64,000 bases of DNA from a virus (taxonomy: Duplodnaviria > Caudoviricetes), in the IMG/VR virus record IMGVR_UViG_3300021399_000113, positions 32,001 through 96,000 of that record; one strand, 5' to 3'. A program made the translations under genes and the position numbers. Shown here one piece after another: positions 50,101 to 62,786 of the stretch. Position 1 is the stretch's first letter; every line of letters begins with the position of its first letter. The notes beneath the pieces were generated by a model. The model was not told the DNA's origin, made no database searches, and saw only the letters and a list, made by a program, of their open reading frames with translations.

Positions 50101-52798
50101 GAAGTAACCAACACACCTACTCAGATAAATCATTATACGGACGCTTATGTTCAGAAGTGGATATATGGTAAGGCTGACCACTGCCTCACATCATGGGAAT
50201 ACATTCATGTTGGGGATGTTAGCAAGATTAACACCAAGGAACTGCTGGAATATGGTTACAACTCTGAGACGCTTGCTAAGAGATGCTATTCCTACAAAAG
50301 CCGAAACGACCAGACAAGCGAGTTCTGGACAAAATCAGCAAGAGTAATTGAAGTAGAGGTGGCATAGATGGACAACCAAATAAATGATATAAGAAGAGAT
50401 GTAATTTGCAACTGTGACAACTTCAGATATTATTTAGATTATTTGTACGGAAACAGTTCTAACGAAGAGGTTCGACAGTGCATAGTAACCATTTGGAATC
50501 AATTCAAAGATTTCTTTGATTCGTATGTTAAAGAAATAGAAGACTAAAATATAAGGAGATTATTATGAGCAGAAATGGTGGTAATACAGTAGTTAAGAAA
50601 TACGGATGTGGATTATCTACACTTTTAACAGTGGTATTTGTGGTACTTAAACTGTGCGGTGTAATTTCTTGGTCTTGGTTTTGGGTATTCTTCCCTCTTA
50701 TTCTTGATATTGGGCTGAGCATACTTATTGCTCTTATTGCCGTTATCGTTCTTGCCATTATTACGAGGTGAGTATGGAGGCTTACAAACTTTTTCAGATA
50801 CTTCACAAAAGAACAGATTACTTTGGGTGGAATGGTCTCTATGATTTTGCACGTAGAACATTACTTCCAGAGGAATATGCTGAAAGGGAAAGGCAAGCAC
50901 ATCAGTCTTTACTGATGCTAAACACAGCGTTAGGATTTCTCTCAGCACACACTAATAGTGGTATGTCTTGGTTTAATCATGGAATAGGATTTGACGATGA
51001 CGATTGGGATTGATTTTAGAAACGCTGACAAAAAGACAATAGATGAAGCCCTTGAAAAACTTATTAGAGGGGAAGTCGTAAGTATCACCCTTAATAATGC
51101 AGTTTCTGCATTATTAGCAGAGATGTATATTGTCAATAAGACCCTTAGCAGAGTGTGGGATTGGGATGACTGGCAAGGCACATTGATTTACAACGATACA
51201 GAGTTTGAAGTTCATGCTTACATGTGGACTGGAGACATCTATATCTTAAGAAAGACAGAGCAGTGATGAAAAATTATAATTATGTAAAAATAAATGGAAC
51301 TGTTATAAAGCAGACTCAAAGCCAAGGCTGTGGGTTAAAACACTTCTTGTCCAATCTTTTTAAGCGACCAAAGGACAACATTTCTCAGTTCTCTTCTATC
51401 ACTGTAAACAATAATGATGCTCATGTGGTGATTAAAAATGGTGATAAAGAAAAATAAATATGACAAGAGACCCTTCTTTAAGCGTATTTTTGGGTACTGT
51501 GATTGCCCTTGTCATAAAAGGCATTGGTTTGTATATCCAGTAACTGTACGAATGAACACATGTTATGAAAACGAACAAGCAAACTGGGTTACGTGCTGTA
51601 AAGAGTATTACGATGATTGGGTTGCACCACTGATAGAAGAAATGTGGGCTGAGTATTGGGCAAGTAGGATTTAACTATGGGAAGATTGATGGAAGACCAC
51701 CTTGAGTTATACCTTAAAGATAGATATGGATTAAAGGTGTCAATTGAAGAAACAACTACAAGAGAAGAAACTGACCAACTAATACAGTTAGAGGAAGATT
51801 TAAGGTCAGCAAAAACAGCAGTTTGGAAAGAGGATTATTGGGGCACAACTTGTTGTAGTAATTGCAATCAGACCAGCGAAAGACCAGAACCTTATTGTTG
51901 TAAGTGTGGAGCAAGGATGACTGATGTAATAAAGGAGAGATAAGGATGAAGAAATCTATAGTAGCAGATTATGATAGAATGGCTGGATATTCATTGCCAG
52001 TATATATCTTTATCTGTAAAAATATACAAAGGGCAAGATATTGGCACAATAAAACTTGTGAAAAGTTTAACTACAACTGGATGCAGTGGAAAAATAATGT
52101 AGGACTTATTCAGTTTGCGGATTGTGCCTATTACTTCATAAGTCAATATGGTGCACGAGAATATCTTCGTGATATGCGAAAGTATAACCCCACGATTTAT
52201 ACAGAAGAGTGTATCTACATCATTTTGGATGATATAGAAAGATTTAGAATAGATGAGCGTGACGATACCACTTACTATAATCTGTGGGTGACAGAGATGG
52301 TTGAAAGAGGGTGGGAAGTATGACACAAGAAGAGGTATTATCAAAAGTTAAAGGTTGTCTTGCAGAGTTATTTCCTGTTGACGAGCATGATGATGTAAAT
52401 GAGGATGTGGAGGAAATAATTAAATCAGTAGAGCCAAAGATAAGGAAGTTGGTGGCGAGGACAAAGACAGCGCATTGGATAGAAGCTGACAGAGGTAAGT
52501 TTGTATGTAGTAACTGTTTTGAACGCTTCTCTATGTTTGCAGAAGACGGTTCAGTACGAAAATACCATATTTGTCCCGAATGTGGTGCAAGGATGATTTT
52601 TACACTACAGAAAGAAACAGATAGTGCCAAACCTACGATAATTGATGAGAACGTTAAGGGTGAAATCAATAAGATTCTTGATAAGATTGAAAAGGAAGTT
52701 GTCTTGACCGATGGTTGGTGGTTTGGAAGAGACCGCATGATAAAGGTAACCAATGTATTTCAGATTATTAACAAGTGTAGAGAAAAAGTTGGGGATAA

Positions 52799-53557
52799 GT
52801 GATGACAAGAGAAGAAGCAAAAGATTGGATTGATAAATTAATCAAAACAATGAAACAAGAAACAAGCGGAAAATTTCCCGAACCTCCATACAAAGATGAG
52901 GTATACGAAGCCCTTAATATGTGTATAGAATTTCTCAAGACCAAGCCTTGTGAGGACATGGGTGAGGTGTCTGATGGTTATCATACTTTTAATCAATTAT
53001 ATCATCAGAGGGCAGTTTTATTTGCAACAATCGTAAATTTAAATAAAGATAAAGCATGGAAATCTTTTAAACATTCTGACGGAAAATATTGTTTTGACAG
53101 AAACGGTGAGTGGTTTATCGTAGGAGTAGATACACCGCAAGGAAGTTACACATATCATTATGATAAAAAATACTGGGATATGTTTGATTGCAAAGAACTG
53201 CAATGCGGTAAAGAATGGGACGGACATACAGAGGAAGATGTCACAAGACTTTTATCATTAGAGCAAGAGCCTTGTGAGGATTGTATAAGCCGACAGACGG
53301 CAATTGATGCAATAATAAGCGTTGATAAGTATGACCTTATAGCTTCTCAAATCTTTTATAAACAAAAGCGTATAGAAAAGATAAAAAATCTCCCTTCCGT
53401 TTATCCGAAAGCAAAGACAGGAAAGTGGATATTAGTACACCCGTTACAAGACGATATTGAAGGGGGATATATGTGTTCGGAATGTGGGACAGGGTACTAT
53501 GATAACAGCCATTGGAACTATTGTCCCAACTGCGGAACAAGAATGAGTAGAGGATAA
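52799..53557 (+). CDS. WDGH-motif phage protein with C-terminal zinc ribbon
   Basis: SDGYHTFNQLYHQR, WFIVG, YTYHY, WDGHT; CSEC..YCPNCG. Confidence 0.7.
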   Translation: MMTREEAKDWIDKLIKTMKQETSGKFPEPPYKDEVYEALNMCIEFLKTKPCEDMGEVSDGYHTFNQLYHQRAVLFATIVNLNKDKAWKSFKHSDGKYCFDRNGEWFIVGVDTPQGSYTYHYDKKYWDMFDCKELQCGKEWDGHTEEDVTRLLSLEQEPCEDCISRQTAIDAIISVDKYDLIASQIFYKQKRIEKIKNLPSVYPKAKTGKWILVHPLQDDIEGGYMCSECGTGYYDNSHWNYCPNCGTRMSRG

Positions 53558-56500
53558 AGAATGACAAACGAAGAAATTATAGAACAGCTTGAGAATACTA
53601 TTGGACTTATCAAGCAAGATGGGAAAGATTGGTTGGACGATAGGGATATTCCAATTCTTGAAGCATGTATTAAGTCGCTAACAGCACTTGACAAGATAAG
53701 AGTCGAGATAGAGCAATTGCGAATACATAAGGCACAATTCCTTACAAGCGATAATAAGGTATGTATTGATAGTCAAGCGGTGCTTGAAATCATTGATAAG
53801 TACAGAGAGGAGCAGACAAATGCAGTTAGTGATTGATATAAAAGAGGCAACTTACGATGCGGTTTGCAAACGCAACATGTTACCACCTGATATTACGGAT
53901 TTAATGGGAGCAACCAAGAACGGCGCATCACTTCCAAAAAGGCACGGAAGGTTGATTGATGCAGATGAATTGGAAGAATGTAAAGAAATAATGACTACTA
54001 TCAGCGGTGAAAGCAAGTATGCTGTAAGAATGAATGATATTAGAAATATGTCAACAATCATACAAGCAGACAAGGCAGAAAGGGAGGAAAAGGAATGACA
54101 GTAGGAGAGCTAATTAACGAATTGCAGAAGTATCCAAAAGAAAGAAGAGTATTGCTGTATGCACATGGACGATGCTCAGTGAAAGAACAAGATGAAATTC
54201 TTGGATGCTACGAAGAAGAAATTTATGACAAGGATGACAACGTAATCGAAGAAGTAGTGAGCTTATACGAGTATTAAAGAGTGGGATGAATAACAGAAAA
54301 TGAGGGCAGTAGAAATGACAAATGAAGAGGAATTAACTGGTGACACTTGTGATGAACACATCAAGGAGGCTATACAAAGCCAGTTCAGAGGAATGTTGAA
54401 CGCTTTTATAAAAGAATTTAAGCCTATGGGTGATAATGGGGGACAGTAAATGGAAAACATCAGCAATGCAACCAATGGAGATATAATAAAACTATTATTT
54501 CCTAAACTTGAATATGACCGTTCACTTCGACCTTTGGTGTGTGCCTTTATTCGTGAACTTATCACTTTTATGCAAAAGCCACCACGAATAAGTATGGAGC
54601 TTTCTTTGTGGAATGAACCATATAAGGGAGATATAGCAACATTAACTGAAAGGATAGCGGGTGCACTCACAAATGGCGATGTAATAACAGAGGCATTTTC
54701 TGAATATACATTCCAAAATAGAAGTGATTTGCCTATGGCACACATGGTTGGTAGTACGATACCTTTGTTTGCTGTAGCAAAAGATTGGTGGAATGAACCC
54801 TATAGGGAGGATTAAGTAATGATGAATAAAAAGGATTTAATCATTTGGCTTTACGAACAGAAAGATAACATAGATTATAAACTTCATGTAGAAGGTGCAG
54901 AGGGTGCTTATAGAGAACAGCTGTGGGCACAAGTTAACTTACTTGACACCATCATTGCCAAAGTAAAGAAGGAGTTAGCAGAAAGTATTCAGAGATTTTG
55001 TGAAACAGATGATTGATTCCATTACAAAAGAACTTGAATCTCTTGGGGTAATTGGTTAACCTACTATAGCCTAATGTTAACGCTATGGTAGGTTAACATT
55101 TTTTTATCATTAAATAAAGTATTGACAGATTTAATTTTATATGATATAATCACCAATGTGAGAAACAGATTAGCACAATCAAGCGAGGTAGAAGGATGAA
55201 ATTGAGAATATACTTTCATATACTCGGAACAGAACCTTATCACAGAGAAGTATCGTCTGCAGAAGAGGCAAAAATTATGATTGATGCCATTGCAGACTTT
55301 GTGAATACAAAGGTTGATGAAGGAGTATTCCCCGACCATTGCAGTACCGCTGGGCTTGAAGAATACGATGAAGAAGAACACGATTGGGTAACTTGGTACG
55401 ATGAAAACGGATTAGATTTAAATGAACACTTTAACACAGAATGGAGAGAGTAATCATGGTTTGGATTGAGATAGTGTGTGATGGTTGTAGTCATTCTCCT
55501 TGTGGAGAATCTTATAGAAAAGGTTCATTGAAAAGAATCAAAGCAGAGGCAAAGGAGTATGGTTGGAAAACCATCAAGGGAAAAATATATTGTCCCAAAT
55601 GTCAAAAAATTTTAAAAGCAATGGCAAAAGTGAGAAAGACGATGTAGAAAATGAGGAAGAAGAATGATTTGTGAAAACTGTAAGAACAATACTGAATGTG
55701 ACTATTATTTCCGCAACATCGAACCTGTTCTGCATACAGAACAAGGTATGTTTGTGAATGACAGTTATCTATTTGCATTGTTTAAATGCTTGGACGGTTT
55801 TACTTGCAACTATTATGAACATCAATCAGAAAGTGGGGAAGAAAGATGATTAAAACAAGATTAACAGTAGATGTAAATGCAGAGGATTTTGACAAAGAGT
55901 TACAGAAATACCTACAGGAAAAAAAGGAGAAAATTAAGATGACTGAACAATTCTTAATTGATAATAATTACAAAATTCAAAATGCTAAAATCACTTCTGT
56001 AGATTTATCTATGAAAGACCATGGCTGTCTTACTCTTAAACTTGTACTTGAAGGTAGCGGGTGGGGATGTGTTTTTGGAAATGTCTCTCTGGGCAATGGA
56101 TTTCTTGGAGCAAAAACGTTCAAGGGCTGGGAGCACTGCGGTGATTATCTGATGATGCTTATGGACACTGTTGGGGTTGATACCTTTAATGATATGACGG
56201 GCAAATATGTTCGTGTAGCCTTTGATGATGAGGATAGAGCGAAAATAATCGGAAATCTAATTGAAGATAAGTGGTTTACAGCGAAGATGCTTGGAGATGA
56301 GGTGTAAATTATGTTAATAAATGGTTCGGATGCGTATTTCTTTTCTCAGAATCAGCTGGGAACATTGTGGAAAAAGATTGATACTGAGGTTAACTCAGCA
56401 ATATACAGAGATGAACTGGCGGTGAAGATTTCTATCCCTAAAAAACTGTCGTTATCAGAAGAATATCGGTTAAAAGATATTCTTACCAAGAACCTTCACT

Positions 56501-56874
56501 ATACCGTCCACATAGAACAGTCTGAAGTAACTGATATTTATATAACATGGAATGCATTTTTATTTGACGATTGGTGGGAAGATGTAAAGAAGAGGTATAA
56601 AGATGACACTAAAGACAATTGAGAAAATCAATGAGCTTGTTAGAGAGCGTAAGGGTTTAGAAGAATTCTTGTGCCTTGGAGAGCATAGCTTATGGGTGCA
56701 AATTAAATACACAGTGAAAGATATAGACCTTTGCCACTACTTCGACAACACCATAGACTTATCAAAAAGTGGAAAACAGAGCCTCATTCAGTTTATTAAA
56801 ACTCGTATTGAAGAGATTGATAATGAACTAACAGAGTTAGGTGTGGAAGAGGGATAAAAGATAATAATAAACTA

Positions 56875-56903
56875 TTGACAAATTCTTTTTTCTATGCTAT
56901 AAT
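56875..56903 (+). promoter_or_regulatory. sigma70/SigA-type promoter
   Basis: TTGACA-N17-TATAAT with TG. Confidence 0.8.
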
Positions 56904-56950
56904 GCTCTTGTAAGGTTAAACAAATCAAACAAATTTTGGAGGTAATGATT

Positions 56951-57889
56951 ATGAGTGCCGAAGTCGAGAATATGTTTTACGTAGGAAGAGAAACCCCTTG
57001 GCATGGACTTGGAATCAGTGTAGAGAGTGCCCCTATTTCAGAGGACGCTATCGTAATGGCAGGTCTTGACTGGGAAGTAACAAAGGAAAAGGTGTTCACC
57101 GAGGGTGGCAAATTAATCCCTAACTTCTATGCTACTACTCGTAGTACAGATGGTAACGTGTATGGAATGGTTACCAACAAGTACAAGGTAATTCAGAACA
57201 GAGAAGCATTTGGTTTCATGGACAACCTCATTGGTGAAGGTGTTAAGTATGAAACCGCTGGTAGCCTTTTTGAAGGCAAGAAGATTTGGTTGCTTGCAAA
57301 GATGCCCGAGAGACAGATTCTTGGTGACAAGTTTGAAACATACTGTGTGCTTACCAACTCCCATGATGGAAAGAATGCAGTACAGGTGGCTATGACCCCC
57401 GTGCGTGTGGTCTGCAACAACACACTCAATCTTGCACTTGGCAGAGCAAAGAGAATCTGGTCTACCAGACACTGTGGGTCAATTGAGGGTAAGCTTGCAG
57501 ATGCAAAGGAAACCCTTGGATTCGCAGAGCAGTATATGAATGAACTCAACACTGAGGCTGAAAAGATGGCAACAACCACTCTTAATGCTGTTCAGTTGGG
57601 CAAGGTTGTTGCAAATGTATTCCCTATTGCTGAGGCAATGAGCAACAGACAGAAGACAAATGCAGAGGATGCACGTAACACCTTTATGAACTACTACAAC
57701 AGAGATGATGTTCAGCCTTTCAAGAACACTCTCTATGGTGCTATCCTTGCTATCACAGACTATGTTGACCACGCAACTCCTGCACGTGTTACCACTGACT
57801 ACAATGCAAATCGCTTTAACAAGATTATCACAGGACATGCGCTTATGGATAACTTCGTTAAGGTTGCCAAGAGTGTAGCAGTAGCTTAA
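56951..57889 (+). CDS. DUF932/DUF945-family phage/plasmid protein
   Basis: RETPWHGLG, AGLDW, QNREAF, ETAGSL, NSHDG, TPVRVVCNNTL. Confidence 0.85.
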   Translation: MSAEVENMFYVGRETPWHGLGISVESAPISEDAIVMAGLDWEVTKEKVFTEGGKLIPNFYATTRSTDGNVYGMVTNKYKVIQNREAFGFMDNLIGEGVKYETAGSLFEGKKIWLLAKMPERQILGDKFETYCVLTNSHDGKNAVQVAMTPVRVVCNNTLNLALGRAKRIWSTRHCGSIEGKLADAKETLGFAEQYMNELNTEAEKMATTTLNAVQLGKVVANVFPIAEAMSNRQKTNAEDARNTFMNYYNRDDVQPFKNTLYGAILAITDYVDHATPARVTTDYNANRFNKIITGHALMDNFVKVAKSVAVA

Positions 57890-58429
57890 TCAAAGGAAAA
57901 CACAGAGGGGACAAGTTTCCCCTCTGTGAATATAGAAAGGACAACATATATGTTGAAAGACGTTTTTGGTATTCTTAAAAGGTTGCGCAAAGACAACACG
58001 GACGTTTCAGAAGAAGCTGTTAAGGAAGTTACAGAGGAAATTAGCGGTTTCGGAATTGGAATGATTCTCGTATTACTAATCATTTTACTTGGATTGATTG
58101 CAGTAGTATCATTGGGATATGGACTCATGATGTATGGGTTTATATGTCTGCTTGGAACAGTAACAAATGTATCGGTGACATTTCTGCCGTGCTTTATATC
58201 TGGGCTACTGCTTACCATAGGTCAAGTGATTGTATCGTCCAAATCAAACGAGTAAATGCGGAGGCTAATATGTTCATCATTAAAATGTACAAGTACAAGG
58301 AACTAATCAAAACACTCAAAGACAAATTTGATACTTATGAAGATGCGAAAAATTTCATCTATGAGTCAGAAGATATTCAAGACAAATTAGATGCTAATTA
58401 TGAATTTAAAATTGCGGAGGAAAATTAAC

Positions 58430-58921
58430 ATGCAGATTACTAATGAGATGAGAGAAGCGGTAAAGAACGCAGAAATCAAACTTCAGATTATTGAGGATAT
58501 TGTAAACTCACGAGGTTATGAGAACACAATCCTTGCCCACAAGAATGTGGTGGACTATAAGGATATTTCAAAGGTAGATGAAAATCTTGGTCTACTTCTT
58601 GAAAGCGAAGCACTTAAAGCACAGGCAGAAGAGGCTGGAAAACTTGAACCCACAGACATTGAGAAGGTACTTTTCAAAGAGCCTTACACAATTGTTTATT
58701 GGGCTGATGGCACAAAGACAAAGGTTAAGTGCAGTGATGCTGATAAATACAGCAAGGATGCTGGACTTGCCTTCTGTATTGCAAAGAAGATTTGTGGTAG
58801 CAAGCGTAAGTTTGACGCACTTTTTGAGGCTATCACTGGAGAGCCAAAAGGCACTCTTGTACAGCCTACTGAGAAGTTTTACTGTTCAAACGGAACTTGT
58901 ACAGTAGCAGAAGAAAAGTAA
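58430..58921 (+). CDS. hypothetical phage protein
   Basis: P.TIVYWADGTKTKVKC...D.Y....GLA.CIAKK. Confidence 0.65.
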   Translation: MQITNEMREAVKNAEIKLQIIEDIVNSRGYENTILAHKNVVDYKDISKVDENLGLLLESEALKAQAEEAGKLEPTDIEKVLFKEPYTIVYWADGTKTKVKCSDADKYSKDAGLAFCIAKKICGSKRKFDALFEAITGEPKGTLVQPTEKFYCSNGTCTVAEEK

Positions 58922-58940
58922 ATTGTATATCAATAGTGAG

Positions 58941-58979
58941 TACCGATACAACTTAATATTAAGTTGTATCGGTATTTTT
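58941..58979 (+). terminator. palindromic hairpin / terminator
   Basis: TACCGATACAACTTAA/TTAAGTTGTATCGGTA + T5. Confidence 0.7.
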
Positions 58980-59025
58980 CACTGAAAATATCAATTTCAC
59001 TAACTGAATGAAAGAGTGAGTAACG

Positions 59026-59571
59026 ATGAAATTTAGACTAAAAGAATCCAAGCCCTCCAACATTATAAAACTTGCTGGCTTAAATGGTAACGCTTACAGT
59101 ACATCAAAATATTTATATAAACAGATTGTGAGGGAGAATACAAAGTATAATTACGAGGGAGTAACACTCTCTGAAGGGATTGATTATACATTTGACCCTA
59201 AGAATTTGGGTGGTACAATTGTATTCTCTACCGATGTAAACGCAGTTGAAGCCTCAAAAAATAAAATTATAAATTGGGTAAAGCAAAAAATTGCCACTCT
59301 CAATAACAGACTTCATGCTGTAAATAGAATAGATAAAATTGCACAGAAGCATGACCTTGCTGGCTGGACAGTAGGCAAGGGATTATCTGTTAGGTATACA
59401 GCAAAAAATGGTAAGGTGTTCGGAGAAAATAGTATATCTGTGGATATTGTTGGTATTTCCACTGACACCCTTTTAGAGATTGCAACAGAATTATGTAATT
59501 TATTTAACCAAGAGGCAGTTCTTGTTAAAGACTACACAACCAAAGATATTTATCTTGTAAATGGAAAATAA
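59026..59571 (+). CDS. SAM-lyase-like protein with MKFRLKE leader
   Basis: Y...NG....E.S..V...A.ELC..FNQEAVLV pattern. Confidence 0.5.
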   Translation: MKFRLKESKPSNIIKLAGLNGNAYSTSKYLYKQIVRENTKYNYEGVTLSEGIDYTFDPKNLGGTIVFSTDVNAVEASKNKIINWVKQKIATLNNRLHAVNRIDKIAQKHDLAGWTVGKGLSVRYTAKNGKVFGENSISVDIVGISTDTLLEIATELCNLFNQEAVLVKDYTTKDIYLVNGK

Positions 59572-59580
59572 GGAGGACAT

Positions 59581-60945
59581 ATGAATAATCTAATGTTAGA
59601 AAATGCAAACAGATTAGACGAGATTTATAGCACCTATGGCAGACACTATATTCCTCTCACAGAGGCTAATCTTAATCGCATTATTAAGGGACATGATTCT
59701 ACTGGGTATGGTGTGTTAAGTGCCTCACGTGCTAACCTCTCAAAAGAAGAAAACGATAAACGCACAAAAGAACTTAAATCAAAAATAAATTCTTTGGGCT
59801 ACTCTCACGTTCCTGTGCTGGGTGGGTATAGAGAAGAGGGAGAGCCTAAAGCAAGTCTGGAAAAGTCCCTTATTGTTTATCCTTATAATTTACGCACAAA
59901 GGAATATGCAGACCTCAATAAGTTTAAGGATGACCTTGTTGAGTTGGGCAAACATTACAATCAAGACACAGTAATGATTAAAGAACCCGACAAGAACCCT
60001 ACTTATATTCGCTGTGCAGATAGACAAGCCGATATGGAATTTGATGATGGCTACACTACAAATGATACAGAAGAACCATTCTTTACAGCGCTTAAAAAGT
60101 GGAGTGATTCTTCTCTTAATCGTAAAAGCCATAATTGGGATAAGGGCAAGCCTCAGAGATTTACACTTAAATCAAATGCTGTTTTTGAGGCATATATTGA
60201 CCAACAACCTATGAGTATTACATCAGAAGTACCTCCAAGATATGCTCTTGGTGAACTTTTTAAGGTTGGATTTACTGGGGAACTGACTGACACATTAAAT
60301 GAGTCCAATAATTTCAGAAGAGTTAAACAAGCATTGTGGGGTGACCCTACTGGAAAGATTAGAACCTTTGCTATATTAACTGGTGAAAATCCTCTGGCTT
60401 GGGGAAATGCTACAGATGATGAAGTTCTCGACCGATACAAAAAATGGCTTAATAATCCAAAAGAATACAATGATAAGATTACTAAGGGACTAAAGGCAGA
60501 ACTTGTACAGAAGTCATTAGAGCAGAATAAAGATAAAGCTTTAAGATATGGTGGGTTTAACTATGCTAAGATTAAAGGAAAGTATGGAGACATCGAGCAC
60601 TCATTGATGATTTTCAATATATCAAAAGAGGATGCTGAACACTTAGCAAGAGCCTATGGGCAAGAGAGTTTCTTTTTTGGTAAGGTATATCCATCATACA
60701 CACATGTGGCTTATTACAAAACAACAAATGCTTGTGCAACATATAAATTGATAGAAATATCTGATGTTACAACTAAAGAAGATGGGGATGATTTCTTTAG
60801 TAAGTATGGTTTTAAGTACAAGATTAACATGAGGGAATTTGGTGATGATGTAATCCCAGTAAAGAATGAGAATGAATTTCAAGAGAGTCTTACTGCACCA
60901 ATGTTTCAAAGTAGAGCATCACATCGTAGAGAAGCATACAGATAA
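59581..60945 (+). CDS. tandem SAM-lyase-like (T3 SAMase/DUF3293-like) domain protein
   Basis: Domain 1 LSASRANLSKEENDKR...GGYRE...EKSL...YNQDTV; domain 2 ILTGENP...GKYG..EHSL...YGQESF. Confidence 0.65.
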   Translation: MNNLMLENANRLDEIYSTYGRHYIPLTEANLNRIIKGHDSTGYGVLSASRANLSKEENDKRTKELKSKINSLGYSHVPVLGGYREEGEPKASLEKSLIVYPYNLRTKEYADLNKFKDDLVELGKHYNQDTVMIKEPDKNPTYIRCADRQADMEFDDGYTTNDTEEPFFTALKKWSDSSLNRKSHNWDKGKPQRFTLKSNAVFEAYIDQQPMSITSEVPPRYALGELFKVGFTGELTDTLNESNNFRRVKQALWGDPTGKIRTFAILTGENPLAWGNATDDEVLDRYKKWLNNPKEYNDKITKGLKAELVQKSLEQNKDKALRYGGFNYAKIKGKYGDIEHSLMIFNISKEDAEHLARAYGQESFFFGKVYPSYTHVAYYKTTNACATYKLIEISDVTTKEDGDDFFSKYGFKYKINMREFGDDVIPVKNENEFQESLTAPMFQSRASHRREAYR

Positions 60946-60965
60946 TCGCATAGGAGCATAATTTA

Positions 60966-61541
60966 ATGATTATTTTAACTGGAAAGACTGCTACTGGAAA
61001 AGATACAATTAAAAGAGAGTTGCTGAAAATCCCAGCACTCTCTCCTATTGTTACATACACAACACGCAAAAAGAGAAATAATGAAAAAGATGGGGTGGAC
61101 TACCATTTTGTATCTATTGACAAATATATGTCAATGAGAGATAATGGTGAATTAATTGCTTGTAATTGCTTTACTAAATCTAATGAGGGTGACGTTTGGT
61201 ATGGAGTTGCCAAAAAGGATTTGATTAATGCAGATACAGATAATAAGGTAATCATTTTGGATGCACATGGGGTAAAGGATTTTCAGAAGATTAAAGATGA
61301 GGTAGGATTTTCTGATATATTCTTAATTGACACTGTTCCAGAAGAACAGTGGGAAAGACTTATTTCACGTGGAAATGACACAGTAGAAGAGTGTCAGCGC
61401 AGAGTGCTGGCTGATAATACTGATTTTGCAGATATTCAGTACAATCATTTAATTGTTAACAGAAATGTATCTGATATTAAACAGATTGCATACACAATTT
61501 ATACTTACTATTTAATTGATAAAGGGTTTACAATGAGGTAG
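60966..61541 (+). CDS. gmk: guanylate kinase
   Basis: GKTATGKDT, YTTRKKRNNEKDGVDYHFVS, WYG. Confidence 0.88.
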   Translation: MIILTGKTATGKDTIKRELLKIPALSPIVTYTTRKKRNNEKDGVDYHFVSIDKYMSMRDNGELIACNCFTKSNEGDVWYGVAKKDLINADTDNKVIILDAHGVKDFQKIKDEVGFSDIFLIDTVPEEQWERLISRGNDTVEECQRRVLADNTDFADIQYNHLIVNRNVSDIKQIAYTIYTYYLIDKGFTMR

Positions 61542-61544
61542 ATA

Positions 61545-62786
61545 ATGACAGACAACAGATATTTTGGTGCAATTAAAGACCCTATTGATAATAGGGATTT
61601 TGTTGCATCTACAGTAGCATCAAAACAAAAAATAGAAATCCCAGAAACATATATTGTACCGCATTTGGATGAAATTCCAGTGTACAATCAAGGGGGCACA
61701 GGGTCATGTGTGGCACATGCTCTTGCTACAGCCCTCGCTTTAGGTTACGCTCAAAAAGGTATTCAGATTGATTTCAGCCGTGGATTTATCTATGGTAACA
61801 GAAGTGAAGATGATTATCAAGGGTCAGGAATGATTCCTCGTGAAGCGTTAAAGCATCTTAACCATGAAGGTGATGTACACTATTCTGATTTCATCTATAA
61901 CTTTGAAGTGCCATTAATCTTCAAAAAGTTCCAAAAAGAAAAAGAACGCTTATTACCTATTGCAAAAGATTATGTAATTGCAAACTATTACAAAGTAACA
62001 ACACAGACTGAAATCAAAACTGCCTTAATGACTACAGGAGCTGTTGTTGTATATTGTCCTGTTTACGGAGATTTTACTGATGACTTAAAAGCTGAGTGGC
62101 GAAGTTCTTATGATTATGCACATGAGGTTTGTTTAGTCGGGTGGGATGAAACAGGTTGGATTATTCGTAACAGTTGGGGAGACTCTTGGGGTAATAAAGG
62201 TAATGGGCATGTTGATTACAAATATGCTTATTGGGAAGAATATAACTTAAGCCTCTTAGACTTCTGGGCAATCACTCCTATATTCGAAGAAGATACAACC
62301 ATCGAAGATGAGGAAGATACTGACGCTAATGAAGACATTAAGGAAGATGAACCAATTGAAGATGAAGAACCAATTGAAGAGGATATTGTAATAGATGATG
62401 ATTCTTCAGATGATGACCTTAAAGAAGATATTAAGGAAGATGATACTGACGTTGAGGAAGAAGACGTTGACGTAGAAGAACATCAAGACACAGAAGACAT
62501 TATCGAAGATACTACAGAGGAAGACTTTAAAGAAGACGTTGATACAGATGTAGAGGAAACAGATAATACAGAAGACGTTGATATTGACACAGAAGTTGAT
62601 GATAATGTCGATGATACTGAGACAGATACTGACACCGATGTAGATGACAACACTGATGTAGAGGATGACAATAAAGATGAATTGTTAGTCAACGATAAGC
62701 GGTTTATCTCATTTGTAGAGGCAATTAAAGCAATTATCAAACAAATTCTTGATAGAATAAGGAACATATTTAATGGAAATAAGTAA
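61545..62786 (+). CDS. papain-like C1 cysteine peptidase with long acidic tail
   Basis: NQGGTGSCVAHA, AHEVCLVGWD, RNSWG..WG. Confidence 0.85.
   Translation: MTDNRYFGAIKDPIDNRDFVASTVASKQKIEIPETYIVPHLDEIPVYNQGGTGSCVAHALATALALGYAQKGIQIDFSRGFIYGNRSEDDYQGSGMIPREALKHLNHEGDVHYSDFIYNFEVPLIFKKFQKEKERLLPIAKDYVIANYYKVTTQTEIKTALMTTGAVVVYCPVYGDFTDDLKAEWRSSYDYAHEVCLVGWDETGWIIRNSWGDSWGNKGNGHVDYKYAYWEEYNLSLLDFWAITPIFEEDTTIEDEEDTDANEDIKEDEPIEDEEPIEEDIVIDDDSSDDDLKEDIKEDDTDVEEEDVDVEEHQDTEDIIEDTTEEDFKEDVDTDVEETDNTEDVDIDTEVDDNVDDTETDTDTDVDDNTDVEDDNKDELLVNDKRFISFVEAIKAIIKQILDRIRNIFNGNK

Larger units (their letters stand above)
46688..56857 (+). other. array of ~30 small accessory ORFs with repeated SigA-type promoters
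   Basis: Densely packed RBS-preceded ORFs, several CxxC zinc ribbons; promoters at 46625, 47161, 50022, 55122. Confidence 0.7.
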
